This document shows, piece by piece, positions 30,867-41,527 of a stretch of 64,000 bases of DNA. Location of the stretch: NCBI GenBank assembly GCA_051861545.1, contig JBIMKP010000004.1:41647-105646 (forward strand). Reading direction: 5' to 3'. This stretch comes from Bacteroidia bacterium (GTDB taxonomy: Bacteria; Bacteroidota; Bacteroidia; UKL13-3). Made by a program: the position numbers and the translations under genes. Under the pieces are notes generated by a model. The model did no database searches, was not told the origin of the DNA, and was given only the letters and a program-made list of their open reading frames with translations. Numbering within the stretch: the first letter of the stretch is position 1; every line of letters begins with the position of its first letter.

Positions 30867-32483
30867 ATGAATGTTCAATCGAAGCTTTTGTTATTAGCAT
30901 TCTTACTTTTTGCTAGTTTAATACTCCCAACAACACATCTTTTTGCACAACAAAATATAATCTTAACGCTTAAAGATTCAAAAACTAAAAAGCCAATTGA
31001 ATATGCTTCAATTACTTTTCAAAAGCAGTATTATTTGTCGGATATATACGGACAGTCGAGAATAAATTATGCTAAAAACAATGAAAACGACACAATTTAT
31101 GTAACCATTATTGGATATAAAACTGTTAAACACCCAGTAAATCAGTTTAAATCAAATTTAGAATTGCTTATTGAAGAATCAAACTTTGAATTTAAGGATG
31201 TAATTATTGCTGGATACAAAAAAGAAGTACTTTTCAATTTTATAAGAGATGGAATTTTAAAGGCTAAAAAAGCCATGAAACCATTTTCTGCACAAATTGT
31301 AACATTAACATTTGGAGAAAATAATTTATACCCAATTGAGTTTTTAAATGGGCTTTATAATGTTCAAAATACTAAATCAGGACTTAATAACACTGAGATT
31401 TATTTGGGAAATTTGACCATGAAAAATGAAAACTTGTTTCAAAATTACATGTCAATTGGGAATACAAAACTTCTTTTATCATCAAATCTCTTAGGTATCC
31501 CAAGTATCTATTTTCATAATCCATTTGCATTATCTTATAAAAGTCAAGCTGATGTTTTAAATCTGGATTTCAAGAACTTAGGCTCAAATAAACTAAATAT
31601 CAAATTTAAACACCCAAAAGTGGAAGGTGAAATCATTTACAATTTGATTTCTGGTTTTGTTGAATCTTGCAATATGGAATGGAAATATTTCAAAAATCTG
31701 CCAATTGTTCCTTTATCTAATTCTGGGTATTTATCTGATAGTATGATAATTAAAAGTAAACAATACTTTGTTGATGGAAAACTATTAGCACAAAATTTAA
31801 GGTTAAACTACCATTATAATTCAGAAAAAATTCAAACTCAAACTTATCTTACTTTTATTTCTGATACATTAAATGATTTACCTTTAAATAGCTTAGAATT
31901 TAACAATGATTATCTAGATATTCTTTCAAAACCTGATAATCTCATTGAAAATCAATCTTTAAATAGTTCTTTAGGTGAAATATTATCAGACCAATTAAGC
32001 AAAAACATTGAATTAGAATCTCTTATAGAAGGTCAGCAAATAGATAAAGTACAAATAGAAAAAATAACAGGAATTGCTTATTTCAATTCTAATTGGAGAT
32101 TAAATTGGGAGCTAATTCCGGATTGTAAAACGAATTATAAAGAAACAAAAATTTCAATAAACCTATTTGCTCAAAAAGTTAAAAATCGCTATAAAACAGC
32201 TACATACATTGATTATTTGAGCACAATTTATTGCAATGAAAGAAATGAGTCGGCGAGTATTTATTTAACTTTAGCATTGTTGGTGGGAGAAAAATATCGA
32301 CTTGAGCTTGACAAACAGCTTAATTCCAATGAACAAGGAAAGAATTCTCAATTGATTTATAATAATGTAATTAAAAAAATGAATTCAGAATTATGGCGAT
32401 TAAAATTCGAAACTAATGGTGGCAATAATTTTGAAGAAGTTGAGAAATGGAAAAAGCAACTCATTGAATATAGTCCGTTTTAA
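30867..32483 (+). CDS. Hypothetical secreted protein with an N-terminal carboxypeptidase-regulatory-like domain
   Basis: Signal peptide. IILTLKDSKTKKPIEYASITFQ...SDIYGQSRINY resembles the CarboxypepD_reg fold. The rest is unassigned. Confidence 0.45.
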   Translation: MNVQSKLLLLAFLLFASLILPTTHLFAQQNIILTLKDSKTKKPIEYASITFQKQYYLSDIYGQSRINYAKNNENDTIYVTIIGYKTVKHPVNQFKSNLELLIEESNFEFKDVIIAGYKKEVLFNFIRDGILKAKKAMKPFSAQIVTLTFGENNLYPIEFLNGLYNVQNTKSGLNNTEIYLGNLTMKNENLFQNYMSIGNTKLLLSSNLLGIPSIYFHNPFALSYKSQADVLNLDFKNLGSNKLNIKFKHPKVEGEIIYNLISGFVESCNMEWKYFKNLPIVPLSNSGYLSDSMIIKSKQYFVDGKLLAQNLRLNYHYNSEKIQTQTYLTFISDTLNDLPLNSLEFNNDYLDILSKPDNLIENQSLNSSLGEILSDQLSKNIELESLIEGQQIDKVQIEKITGIAYFNSNWRLNWELIPDCKTNYKETKISINLFAQKVKNRYKTATYIDYLSTIYCNERNESASIYLTLALLVGEKYRLELDKQLNSNEQGKNSQLIYNNVIKKMNSELWRLKFETNGGNNFEEVEKWKKQLIEYSPF

Positions 32484-32499
32484 ACTTTCAATTCAAAAC

Positions 32500-33135
32500 T
32501 TAATAAAACTTAATAGTCTGAAATCGTGCATAATAATGAGCCAAAATTAAATTAGGAATCCAACTTAGCCAAGCTACTAATGCATACATTGTTGTGGAAG
32601 GAAGATGGAAGAAAAACGGCAAAACCATTACATAAAAACGCAAGCTTAATGCCGATAAACAAAGCCCAAAACTCAAACTCATCCAATAATAATGGGAGTT
32701 AAAATTCATCTCTTTTGCCTTTTTATAAGCTATAAATGTAGTTAGCATCCATAATACTGCGCTAAGTACAAAAGAAATTTTGCCATAAATACCACCATTT
32801 CCGTAAAACCCCATAATCATTCCTCCAGGACCAGAAATAGTTAAAATCAATATCACATATAATTTCCCTAACACTCGATGAATTTTGGGATAAATAAGCC
32901 TGATTTGATTAAAAAACTGTAAAAAGCCAAAAATCAATACGAAAATTGAAGACCAAACATGGATTTTAAATCCTATTTGCCAAGTTAATTTATGCTGTAC
33001 CGAAATTTTGCTCAATAAAAACCTGGTTTCTGGATTTGCTGAAAAATAGGGGATGCTAATCCGAATCATAGCCACTATTCCAAAAACAATAAAGATAAAA
33101 AGCAAAATATGAATTGTTCTTTTTAAAATTATCAT
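32500..33135 (-). CDS. Polytopic membrane protein (DUF2306-like)
   Basis: 211 aa, about 6 TM spans. Family assignment is from memory of this architecture only. Confidence 0.45.
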   Translation of the reverse strand: MIILKRTIHILLFIFIVFGIVAMIRISIPYFSANPETRFLLSKISVQHKLTWQIGFKIHVWSSIFVLIFGFLQFFNQIRLIYPKIHRVLGKLYVILILTISGPGGMIMGFYGNGGIYGKISFVLSAVLWMLTTFIAYKKAKEMNFNSHYYWMSLSFGLCLSALSLRFYVMVLPFFFHLPSTTMYALVAWLSWIPNLILAHYYARFQTIKFY

Positions 33136-33373
33136 GATTGTAAATTAAAAATAATGGTAAATCGAGCTTTAATTGGAGTCAAATTTAAATCAACAAAGTT
33201 ATTAAACTCTAAATTTTCCAAAATCAAACAATACGACTTATCAATAAAACTTCAATAAATATCAATTATCAATAATGATTTTAAAAATCTCTTATTAAAG
33301 TACAATTTTCATGATTAAAATCTTTGATTTAAAGCCAATTTAATAGGAAATTGCAGAACCTTTACATGAGAAT

Positions 33374-34678
33374 ATGAGAAAAACCAACTTTATAAAAGAT
33401 TGGATATTTAACTATAGAAATGATTTAGAAGTTACTACCAAACTTTTTATTATTAGTAATTTTATTGTTTCAGTAACATGCTTTGTTGGTTTTGTTGGAA
33501 ATGCGTTATTAGGATTTTCACTAGAATTAATATTGCTAACATTTTTGATGTTTGTTACAAGTGGAATTCTTTTTTTCTACGTACGACAGTTAGGTTATGC
33601 CACTAAAAAAATGGGCATATTATTAACCTTATTCAATTTATTGTTTATGTTAATTTTTTGGCCAAGAAATGGAGGATTTTCTGGGCCGATTTTGCTTTAC
33701 TATTCAATTATACCCATATGCTTAGGAATTTTTCTTAGTAGAAAAGAATCATATATCTCATTGGTAATAGGCTATTTATTGACTATTGGATTCTTAGTAA
33801 CTTATTTCCTAAACGACTCATGGATAATACCTTATGAAAGTAAACTAGTTCAGTTAATTGATTATACCATTTCTTTGTTTATGGTTGCTTGGAGTGTTCT
33901 TGAGATTTCTTTGTTTTATAAAGAACAGCAACAAAAACTGCTAAATGATTTAGCAGAAAAAAATAGACTTATTGAGCTGCAATACACAGGTTTACAAGAT
34001 CTTGATAATTATAAAAATCTTGTTTTTGCAACATTATCTCACGATATAAAAACACCAATTAAAAATGCAAAAACCATTTTCGAACTTCTATTAGATGATG
34101 ATTTAGACAAAGAAGAAAAGAATAGAATTATTGAATTGGCTAGTATTCAGATGGCAGAAACTGGCAGTTTAGTTGAGAATATATTGTATTGGGCAAAATC
34201 TCAAATGAATGGTTTAAAAGTAAATAAAACTGAATTTAAGCTGAAAGATTCGATAGACCAAGTATTGAGCAACAATCAAATTCAATTAAAATACAAACAA
34301 ATTGAGCTACATAAAAATGTTTCAGATGGAATTTTTGCTTATGGCGACAAAGAATTCTTTGAAATTATTTTAGGCAATTTGGTTAAAAACGCCATAAAAT
34401 ACTCAAATTCAGGAGCTAAAATCACCATTATAACCCGCAGCAATGCCGATAGAATGATTGATATTCAGGTAATTGATGAAGGGATTGGAATTCCTGCTGA
34501 TAGAATGAAAGATATATTTTCGGTAGGAATTAGCACCAGAGGAACATTAAACGAAAAAGGAACTGGATTAGGCTTAAAAATCTCAAAATTATATACAGAA
34601 CTTAACGGAGGTGAAATTTACATTTTTAGTAAAGAAGGTGTAGGTAGCAAAATTGGATTTACGATTCCGCAAATGTAA
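33374..34678 (+). CDS. Membrane sensor histidine kinase (HisKA + HATPase_c), no adjacent regulator
   Basis: About 6 N-terminal TM spans; H-box FATLSHDIKTPI; N-box LVKNAIKYS; G-boxes IDEGIGI and GTGLGLKIS. Confidence 0.85.
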   Translation: MRKTNFIKDWIFNYRNDLEVTTKLFIISNFIVSVTCFVGFVGNALLGFSLELILLTFLMFVTSGILFFYVRQLGYATKKMGILLTLFNLLFMLIFWPRNGGFSGPILLYYSIIPICLGIFLSRKESYISLVIGYLLTIGFLVTYFLNDSWIIPYESKLVQLIDYTISLFMVAWSVLEISLFYKEQQQKLLNDLAEKNRLIELQYTGLQDLDNYKNLVFATLSHDIKTPIKNAKTIFELLLDDDLDKEEKNRIIELASIQMAETGSLVENILYWAKSQMNGLKVNKTEFKLKDSIDQVLSNNQIQLKYKQIELHKNVSDGIFAYGDKEFFEIILGNLVKNAIKYSNSGAKITIITRSNADRMIDIQVIDEGIGIPADRMKDIFSVGISTRGTLNEKGTGLGLKISKLYTELNGGEIYIFSKEGVGSKIGFTIPQM

Positions 34679-34943
34679 TAGGTAACTGACCTTATTATTT
34701 TTTTAGATTTATTAGGTACTCAGATCAAAATCTACCAACTTTTATTTCTGATTATTATTGATTTTAAAAGGAAATTGAATTCAATTCTTGAGCTTTTTAA
34801 TACTTTAAAATATCCTATAATTAATATTATGTTAAATAGCAATGTTCACATAATAAAGTACTTAAGTCCGTTCTAAGTACTTTAAGGCATAATATCCGCC
34901 AGAATCTAACAATTTTAAATCCCCTATTTTTCATCCAATTTCT

Positions 34944-35834
34944 TTATAAATACAAAGGTCCAAACTTTTGAATCTTTTTTGCAGCCAGCTCAATCCCACT
35001 TTTAATACAAGCTGCAGAATCTAGTCCTTCTAATCTACTGCTTAAAAATCCGGCCCAAAATGCATCACCAGCTCCTGTAGTATCTTTAACATCATTTACA
35101 AAAACAGCTTCGGCTTTAATCCATTCTCTAGATTCATTTGTATACCAAACGCCATCCGAGCCACATGTTAAGCACGAAATTGATGTATTGTATTGATTTA
35201 GAAACTCTTTGGCCATTTTAACATCAGCTGAATCATTTCCAATAAACCTTCTAAAGTCATCAAGACTCATTTTAAGCAAAGGTTTCATGCTACATAAATC
35301 TTCAAAAACACTTATTCCATTGTCGTTCTGCCAAATCTGAGGCGCAAAGTTCCAATCAACTGAAATTTCTTTTCCTATTACAAATGCAGATTTAAAAGCT
35401 ACTAAAATATTTTCTCTAGCTGGTTCTTTACTTAAAGCAAAAGCACTGGTATGCAATATTTTAGACTCTTTTATTAAGCCAGTTTCTATTTGTGGAATTT
35501 GAGAATCAGCCATTCTATAAGCTATAAAATCTGGTGAGTTTTTGCTTTTGCCAACTAAAACCAATGAGCTTGGGAAATCTTCATTTCTAGTAATATAACT
35601 AGAGTTCAATCCAACTTTAGCCAAATTTTCAATAAGAAAGTCCCCTACCGAATCTGTTCCTACACAAGCACTTAGCTCTGCATTTTTACCCAGCCATTTT
35701 AAATTGGCACATAAATTTGCAGGACTTCCACCTTGAAACATTTCGAATGATTTCACCTGCGACAAATTATTTACATAATCGCCACTAATTAAATCAGCTA
35801 ATAATTCTCCTATTGCTAAAACATCAATTTTCAT
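34944..35834 (-). CDS. PfkB-family sugar kinase (fructokinase-like)
   Basis: GGSPANL motif near the N-terminus; DTTGAGDAFWAGF near the C-terminus. Confidence 0.85.
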   Translation of the reverse strand: MKIDVLAIGELLADLISGDYVNNLSQVKSFEMFQGGSPANLCANLKWLGKNAELSACVGTDSVGDFLIENLAKVGLNSSYITRNEDFPSSLVLVGKSKNSPDFIAYRMADSQIPQIETGLIKESKILHTSAFALSKEPARENILVAFKSAFVIGKEISVDWNFAPQIWQNDNGISVFEDLCSMKPLLKMSLDDFRRFIGNDSADVKMAKEFLNQYNTSISCLTCGSDGVWYTNESREWIKAEAVFVNDVKDTTGAGDAFWAGFLSSRLEGLDSAACIKSGIELAAKKIQKFGPLYL

Positions 35835-36996
35835 ACAATCCTTTCTCTGCTAAAATGTATCCTGCGGCACTCCAACTGCAAAAAGCTATGCCATTTGGTT
35901 TTCCGGTTTTTGAATTCAAACATTCATTAAACTCCCATCTATCTTCTTCATTTATAGCTAAATGACAAGCTTTTTCTATACTTAACTTTAATCGTTCAGA
36001 AAATTCTGGAGCTAAAGGCTTCAATGCTGCTGCCATTAATCCATTCCAAACAGGCCAAATTCCTCCATTGTGAAACTCATTTGCCTGATTTCTAAATCGA
36101 TAAGCATAATTATTCTTTAAAACTTCCATCTGCTTTTCACCTTCTTGTATACTAGGGTGAAATGATGGAAAAAGCTGCTCATTTGAATTAAACCAATTTC
36201 CTAGATTAGCTATTATTTGTTCCTGTATTTCAGCACTTCCCAATTTTAAAATTAATGCCATTGCATTGGCTTGTAAATCGAAAAATGGGTAAACTTCAGC
36301 TGGATTAAATCCCATTAACCAAAAAGATTCAGGGAATTGCTCTTTTTCTCTGTTTAATAATGGCAAATATGGATTTAAACCTAAGTTTTCTTTCCAGTAA
36401 TTCTGCTCTATTACTTCTCTAATTTTTAGTGCTTTACTTTTCCATATCTCAACTTCAAATTGAACTGAAGCAAGTTCTAATGCATATAATCTCAAAAGTT
36501 GATCAAAGAGAATATACCCATGTTGAAAATACTCATCGGCCCAATCTCCACTTAAAGGAACATAAATCAAATGTTTGCCATTAAACTCCCAAGCTTCCAA
36601 AACCTCAAATGCTTTTTTTACTTGAGGAAATAAGCGTTGTTTCATTTCCTCACTATGCACCTTTTTCAAATAAGAGCACAATCCAATTATTGCCCAGGAT
36701 GGATTATCAGCTCTTCCAACTGCTCCGCCATAACTCACTTTTCCTGTTTCAGGAATTACATTTGAAGGAAAATAGCCAATTGGGTGTTGGAATTTAAAAA
36801 TGGTTTCTAAAGTACTTTTAAAGGTAAGTATCAAATCGTTGTCTCCACTAGCCAATGCTGCTAAGCCACAAACAACTCCATCTCTTGTCCAGATTCTAGA
36901 ATAGTTATCCTGACCATTAGCACTTGCTAAAAATCCTTCTTTTACAGATGCTTCTTTTAAAACATCTATGGCTCTACCATAAACCTCTGTTAGCAT
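35824..36996 (-). CDS. (alpha/alpha)6-barrel glycoside hydrolase, GH100-like (putative neutral/alkaline invertase)
   Basis: GFLASANGQDNYSRIWTRDG, GDWADEYFQHGY, GGIWPVWNG and FCSWSAAGY resemble GH100/GDE_C-type enzymes. Lies between a symporter gene and a fructokinase-like gene. Confidence 0.5.
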   Translation of the reverse strand: MLTEVYGRAIDVLKEASVKEGFLASANGQDNYSRIWTRDGVVCGLAALASGDNDLILTFKSTLETIFKFQHPIGYFPSNVIPETGKVSYGGAVGRADNPSWAIIGLCSYLKKVHSEEMKQRLFPQVKKAFEVLEAWEFNGKHLIYVPLSGDWADEYFQHGYILFDQLLRLYALELASVQFEVEIWKSKALKIREVIEQNYWKENLGLNPYLPLLNREKEQFPESFWLMGFNPAEVYPFFDLQANAMALILKLGSAEIQEQIIANLGNWFNSNEQLFPSFHPSIQEGEKQMEVLKNNYAYRFRNQANEFHNGGIWPVWNGLMAAALKPLAPEFSERLKLSIEKACHLAINEEDRWEFNECLNSKTGKPNGIAFCSWSAAGYILAEKGLYEN

Positions 36997-36997
36997 C

Positions 36998-38584
36998 TTA
37001 TCTAAAAATATAAACTACTGTAAATGTGATAACAAGAAGTATTACACTCAAAATTCTGTAATTATTGTACCACTTAATTCCTTTCATTTCAATGGTTTCT
37101 TCTTTGAAAAGTTGTGGATTCCAGACCAATCCTTTTAATTCTTCTTTTGGTTTTGCTGGTCCAGTTAATGAAACCAAATAAGTGACACTTAAACAGGCAG
37201 CAAAAATCATTGGTGCTTTTAATAAGAATGGAATTCCCGCAGCCCATTCATTTCCAAGCATTTGAAGTAAAACAAATCCAATTCCGAAGATGAAACCAGT
37301 AATTAATCCTGCAAATGCGCCATTTGAAGTTGTTCTCGATGAAAACAATCCTGCAAGAAAAACCGCAACAACTGGTGGTGAAATCAGAGCCAATACACCT
37401 TGCATATAATCCATAAACGATTCTGCTTTAGCTATTTGTGGAGCCCATAATACTGCAATTACCATAAAGAACATCGTTGCAATTTGTCCGCTTAATACTA
37501 ATTTTTTGGAGCTGATGGTCGGATTGAATTTTTGTATAATATCCATACTCACCAATGTTGATGCAGAGTTTAATGTTGCACTAACAGCTGATGCCATTGC
37601 TGCTAAAAATCCCGCAATTGTTAATCCTATTAATCCACTTGGTAGAAATTTAAACAACAAAGTTGGATATGCTTCACTACTATCCTTTAAGTTTGGAAGT
37701 AGTTGAATTGCAATAATTCCTGGAAATACCAATAAAAATAAAACTGGAATTTTTAATAATCCCGCAAATAATGCACCTTTTCTTCCTTCATCTATATTCT
37801 TGGCGCTCAAGGCTCTTTGAACTATAAATTGATTATTACACCAAAAATAAAATCCTAATAAAGGAACACCTAAAACCAAACCTAGCCAAGGCATACTCTT
37901 ATTTGAATTTGGCAATACCAAATGCATCATATGATCTCCTTTTACATTAGCTAAGGCTTTAATTTCTTCCCAAGAACCGGCATTTTGAAAAACCAAAAAT
38001 GCTAAAACACAAGCAGAAAATAGAAGAATCAAAGTATTAATAACCTCTGTTTTCATAACACTAGACAATCCACCCAAAACAGTATAAGATGCTGCAAATA
38101 AAGCCAATGCACCAATTACCAAATAAGGATTTAAATCTCCAGCAATGAATGAAATGGTTTTATATCCTGCGTATAAAGTACCCGCAGTATCAATAAATAT
38201 GTTTCCAATGAGGGTAATTACCGAAAAATAAAAGCGACTTCGGTAATCAAAACGTTTTTCAAAAAACTCAGGCATAGTATAAATGCCAGTTTTGATATAA
38301 AAAGGTAAAATAAAAATACAAAAAATAACCAGCACCACAGAACCCATCCACTCATAATTAAAAACTGAAATACCGCCATTATATGCGCCTCCGGTAATGG
38401 CAACCAGCGAATTGCTTGAAATATTAGCTGCAAACATCGACAATCCAATAACTGGCCAAGTCATTGATTTTCCGCCAAGAAAGTATTCTTCTGAACTCGA
38501 TTTTTTTCCGGATTTAATTCCGTAAATGATAATTCCTGTTACATAAACAAAAATTATAATGAGGTCGATTTGTGTAATATTCAT
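36998..38584 (-). CDS. Sodium:solute symporter (SSS/SGLT family)
   Basis: 528 aa, about 13-14 TM spans. N-terminal EEYFLGGKSMTWPVIGLSMFAANISS is typical of SSS transporters. Confidence 0.85.
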   Translation of the reverse strand: MNITQIDLIIIFVYVTGIIIYGIKSGKKSSSEEYFLGGKSMTWPVIGLSMFAANISSNSLVAITGGAYNGGISVFNYEWMGSVVLVIFCIFILPFYIKTGIYTMPEFFEKRFDYRSRFYFSVITLIGNIFIDTAGTLYAGYKTISFIAGDLNPYLVIGALALFAASYTVLGGLSSVMKTEVINTLILLFSACVLAFLVFQNAGSWEEIKALANVKGDHMMHLVLPNSNKSMPWLGLVLGVPLLGFYFWCNNQFIVQRALSAKNIDEGRKGALFAGLLKIPVLFLLVFPGIIAIQLLPNLKDSSEAYPTLLFKFLPSGLIGLTIAGFLAAMASAVSATLNSASTLVSMDIIQKFNPTISSKKLVLSGQIATMFFMVIAVLWAPQIAKAESFMDYMQGVLALISPPVVAVFLAGLFSSRTTSNGAFAGLITGFIFGIGFVLLQMLGNEWAAGIPFLLKAPMIFAACLSVTYLVSLTGPAKPKEELKGLVWNPQLFKEETIEMKGIKWYNNYRILSVILLVITFTVVYIFR

Positions 38585-38626
38585 ATTTGATTTACTAAGC
38601 TAAATTTAAAATCCTTAAATGAAAAC

Positions 38627-38648
38627 CGGGGCCGATAAATCGGCCCCG
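38627..38648 (-). terminator. GC-rich hairpin between the receptor and symporter genes (partial terminator/attenuator candidate)
   Basis: cggggccga-taaa-tcggccccg. On the minus strand it is followed by gttttcattt. Confidence 0.4.
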
Positions 38649-38701
38649 ATTTCTCCCACCAACAAAAACAATTTTACTGTCTTGCAATTAAACAGTGCTT
38701 T

Positions 38702-41338
38702 TTAAAAGCTCAATCTTAAAGTAGCAGAAATAGATCTACCCATAATTGATCTTGCTCTAATAATATTATCTGTGTTTTCGGTAATTGAACCTTCTTCTGA
38801 TTCTGTAATACCAATGGCATTCAGTAAGTTATTACCATTTAAAGAGAACATTAAATTCTTAGTTACTGCAAAATTTGCATAAGCGCCAGTTATTACATAA
38901 GCAGGCATTACCAATTTATTATCGTCTTGAGCATAAGATGCTCCAGTTCCAATAAAGTTCAATCCAACTGAATGTTTACCCATTTTGTAATTAGCAAACA
39001 AATTATAAATTACTGGTGATTGTCTTCTTGGTGTTTTGTCTTTGTTAGCACCTGAAGTGATTTTAGCATTTGTATAAGTCAAACTTCCTCTTAAATCGAA
39101 GTTTTTATTAATAGAATAAGTTCCTTCAATTTCTAAACCCATTGATTGATAATCGTTTTCTATAACTTTTTGAGTTGTAGCTTCATAGCCACCTTGCTCA
39201 TTAACATTTGCATAAAATCCTGTTACAAATAATCCACCTTTTTTATGTCTTAATTTGTAACCAATTTCACCTTGTGAAATTTCATCGTAAGTTGCTCTTG
39301 CATCTCCACCAGCTAAAATTGAAGAACTGAATAAAATTCTATCAGCTTTTGCTGCTGCACCAGTGCTATATCTACCAAAAACTGCACTCGATTCATTTAA
39401 TTTATAATTTGCACCAACTGAATATGATAAATAGTTATAAGTATAATCAACTGCTGTAGATGCAGCATAGTTGATTGATGAAACGCTGATTTCATTTGCA
39501 GAAATTACACCATCATTATTCATATCAGATGTTGATTGTGATGCACCTGCAAATGTTCCTGTTACATGACCAATATCGTATCTCAAGCTAGCATCAACCG
39601 ATAAATCTTTCATATCGAATGTTGCACCAACAGTTGGAGCAGTGATATCATACTTCGTATCGTAACTTCTTGTACAACAATTTCCCCAAACTGGAACTCC
39701 ATAAGCAAATTGTCCATTATGTGTTAATCTAGTTGCACCAGTATCGATATTTAACAATCTTCCACCATCACCATTTACATCCATTAAGTATGAATTCCAC
39801 AACCAAGTCATTGAAACTGTTTGGTTTGATTTGTATAAACCTACATTGATATTAATATTATCGTTTACTTTCTTTTTGATTTTGAAATCGTTAACAAACA
39901 AATTGAAGTTTCTTAATTCAGTATCAAATAAGTGAACCAACATTGCTTTATCACCTGTAAATGCAGCACCATTATCAGCATAAGTTAAAGTAGGATTATT
40001 TAATGTCCATCCCATTGCGCCTTGTAATGCAGTTAATTGAGAAGCAGTTGAACCAACACTAGCAGGAAATGGAGCTATGAAGTTTCCATTATTAATAGAA
40101 AAACGACCACGGTTTTCTAATGACCAACCTTCACCTAAATCGAAATTAAATTCAGCACCAATTGCTTTTGAAACTGGGTGCATTCCATCAGAAATATCAG
40201 CTCTTCTTAATTCACCGCTGTTTCCATATCCAACGCTTTGTTGTAAAAATGGTGAATGTAATGTTCCTCTTAAAGCATCGAAGGTAGAAAGTGATTTGTA
40301 AACAGGATCTGCATTTGTTCCAGAAACTTGAATTGGCATTGGCATATAAGCAGCAGCTCTGTCATTTAAAAACTTCATGTATAAACGAGCATATCCTTTG
40401 CTGAATTTCTTAGTTAAACTTGCTTTAATTTGTCCGCCATTGTTAGCATTATAACCCGCAGTTCTAACACCTTCGCCAGTTCTATAGAAACCACCAATAT
40501 GAAAACTTAAATCTTTGCTAATTGGACTTCCATAATCGAAATCTGTTCTGAAGCTTTGGTAATCTAAACCTAAAGTATTAGCAACACTTCCACCCTCTAC
40601 TTCACCAGTTTTGCTGATAAAGTTAATGATACCAGCTGGAGAATTGCTCGACATTGTTGATGCAGAACCTCCACGAATTGCCTCGATTCTAGAAATACTT
40701 TGGTCGGCTCTTAAAAAAATATCTGAAGTAGCAAAAGCCATATCACCAAATTGTAATACAGGTAATCCATCTTCTTGTAATTGAAGGTATTTTGAACCTC
40801 CAGATGAAATTGGAACACCACGAACTGTGATATTTGTGTTTCCATCTCCAGCAGAAGCTTCAGAACGAATACCAGGAATAGCTCTAAAAATTTCAGCCGT
40901 TGTTCTTGGTGCGGCTTGATTAATGTTTTCAGCTCTTAAGGTTGAAATCGAAACACTCGATTCAAGTTTTGATTTAGGATTTGTTACCCCAGTTACGACC
41001 ATTTCTTTCAAACCCATTTGGTCTTGTTTTAAAGAAAAGTTTTGAGTGAAATTTTCACCACTAAAAGCAATTGTAGCTTTTGCTTTTTCATAACCAACCA
41101 TAGTTGCAACAACTACAGCTTCTTCCATTCCTGAAGCATCAAAACTTAATTTGTAGTTTCCTTTTTCATCACACATGTTTCCAATTTGTGTTCCAGAAAT
41201 CATTACCACAGCACCAGGCATTGGTGCATTGGTTTCATCCAATACTTGGCCCTTAATTGTCTTTGTTTGAGCCATTGAAATTAGTGATGCTAAACTAAAG
41301 CCTAGACTTAACATCAATTTCATGTAATTTTTTCTCAT
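38702..41338 (-). CDS. TonB-dependent receptor with an N-terminal carboxypeptidase-regulatory-like domain
   Basis: Signal peptide; IKGQVLDETNAPMPGAVVMISGT...GNYKL; plug region SISTLRAENINQAAPRTTAEIFRAIPGI; C-terminal ...ATLRLSF. Confidence 0.85.
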   Translation of the reverse strand: MRKNYMKLMLSLGFSLASLISMAQTKTIKGQVLDETNAPMPGAVVMISGTQIGNMCDEKGNYKLSFDASGMEEAVVVATMVGYEKAKATIAFSGENFTQNFSLKQDQMGLKEMVVTGVTNPKSKLESSVSISTLRAENINQAAPRTTAEIFRAIPGIRSEASAGDGNTNITVRGVPISSGGSKYLQLQEDGLPVLQFGDMAFATSDIFLRADQSISRIEAIRGGSASTMSSNSPAGIINFISKTGEVEGGSVANTLGLDYQSFRTDFDYGSPISKDLSFHIGGFYRTGEGVRTAGYNANNGGQIKASLTKKFSKGYARLYMKFLNDRAAAYMPMPIQVSGTNADPVYKSLSTFDALRGTLHSPFLQQSVGYGNSGELRRADISDGMHPVSKAIGAEFNFDLGEGWSLENRGRFSINNGNFIAPFPASVGSTASQLTALQGAMGWTLNNPTLTYADNGAAFTGDKAMLVHLFDTELRNFNLFVNDFKIKKKVNDNININVGLYKSNQTVSMTWLWNSYLMDVNGDGGRLLNIDTGATRLTHNGQFAYGVPVWGNCCTRSYDTKYDITAPTVGATFDMKDLSVDASLRYDIGHVTGTFAGASQSTSDMNNDGVISANEISVSSINYAASTAVDYTYNYLSYSVGANYKLNESSAVFGRYSTGAAAKADRILFSSSILAGGDARATYDEISQGEIGYKLRHKKGGLFVTGFYANVNEQGGYEATTQKVIENDYQSMGLEIEGTYSINKNFDLRGSLTYTNAKITSGANKDKTPRRQSPVIYNLFANYKMGKHSVGLNFIGTGASYAQDDNKLVMPAYVITGAYANFAVTKNLMFSLNGNNLLNAIGITESEEGSITENTDNIIRARSIMGRSISATLRLSF

Positions 41339-41416
41339 ATAATATTTGATTAGGTGAATCGAAGTTATCAGACCACACTATGACTTGTTCCGCAACAAAC
41401 TCCGCAAACCATTGCG

Positions 41417-41426
41417 CAAACGTTTG
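41417..41426. promoter_or_regulatory. Candidate LacI-family operator (perfect palindrome CAAACGTTTG)
   Basis: 10-bp perfect palindrome with a central CG, about 80 bp upstream of the receptor start and within 600 bp of the divergent LacI gene. Confidence 0.4.
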
Positions 41427-41527
41427 TTGTGGATAAGTTTGGACTAAAACCAATTCAAAATCAGCATAAAAGAGAAGAAAAAATGCAAATTGAATTCTAA
41501 AAGCTGCAATTAAATTGATGCAAAAAT

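Noticed and set aside
34855-34883. Hairpin aaagtactta-(9 nt)-taagtacttt downstream of the kinase genes
   Set aside because: It is a perfect 10-bp AT-rich stem but has no flanking U-tract on either strand. The evidence is too weak to call a terminator or a binding site.
38702-41338. Calling the receptor a SusC of a canonical SusC/SusD PUL
   Set aside because: No SusD-like lipoprotein gene follows it. The next gene is an inner-membrane symporter. It is therefore annotated only as a TonB-dependent receptor.
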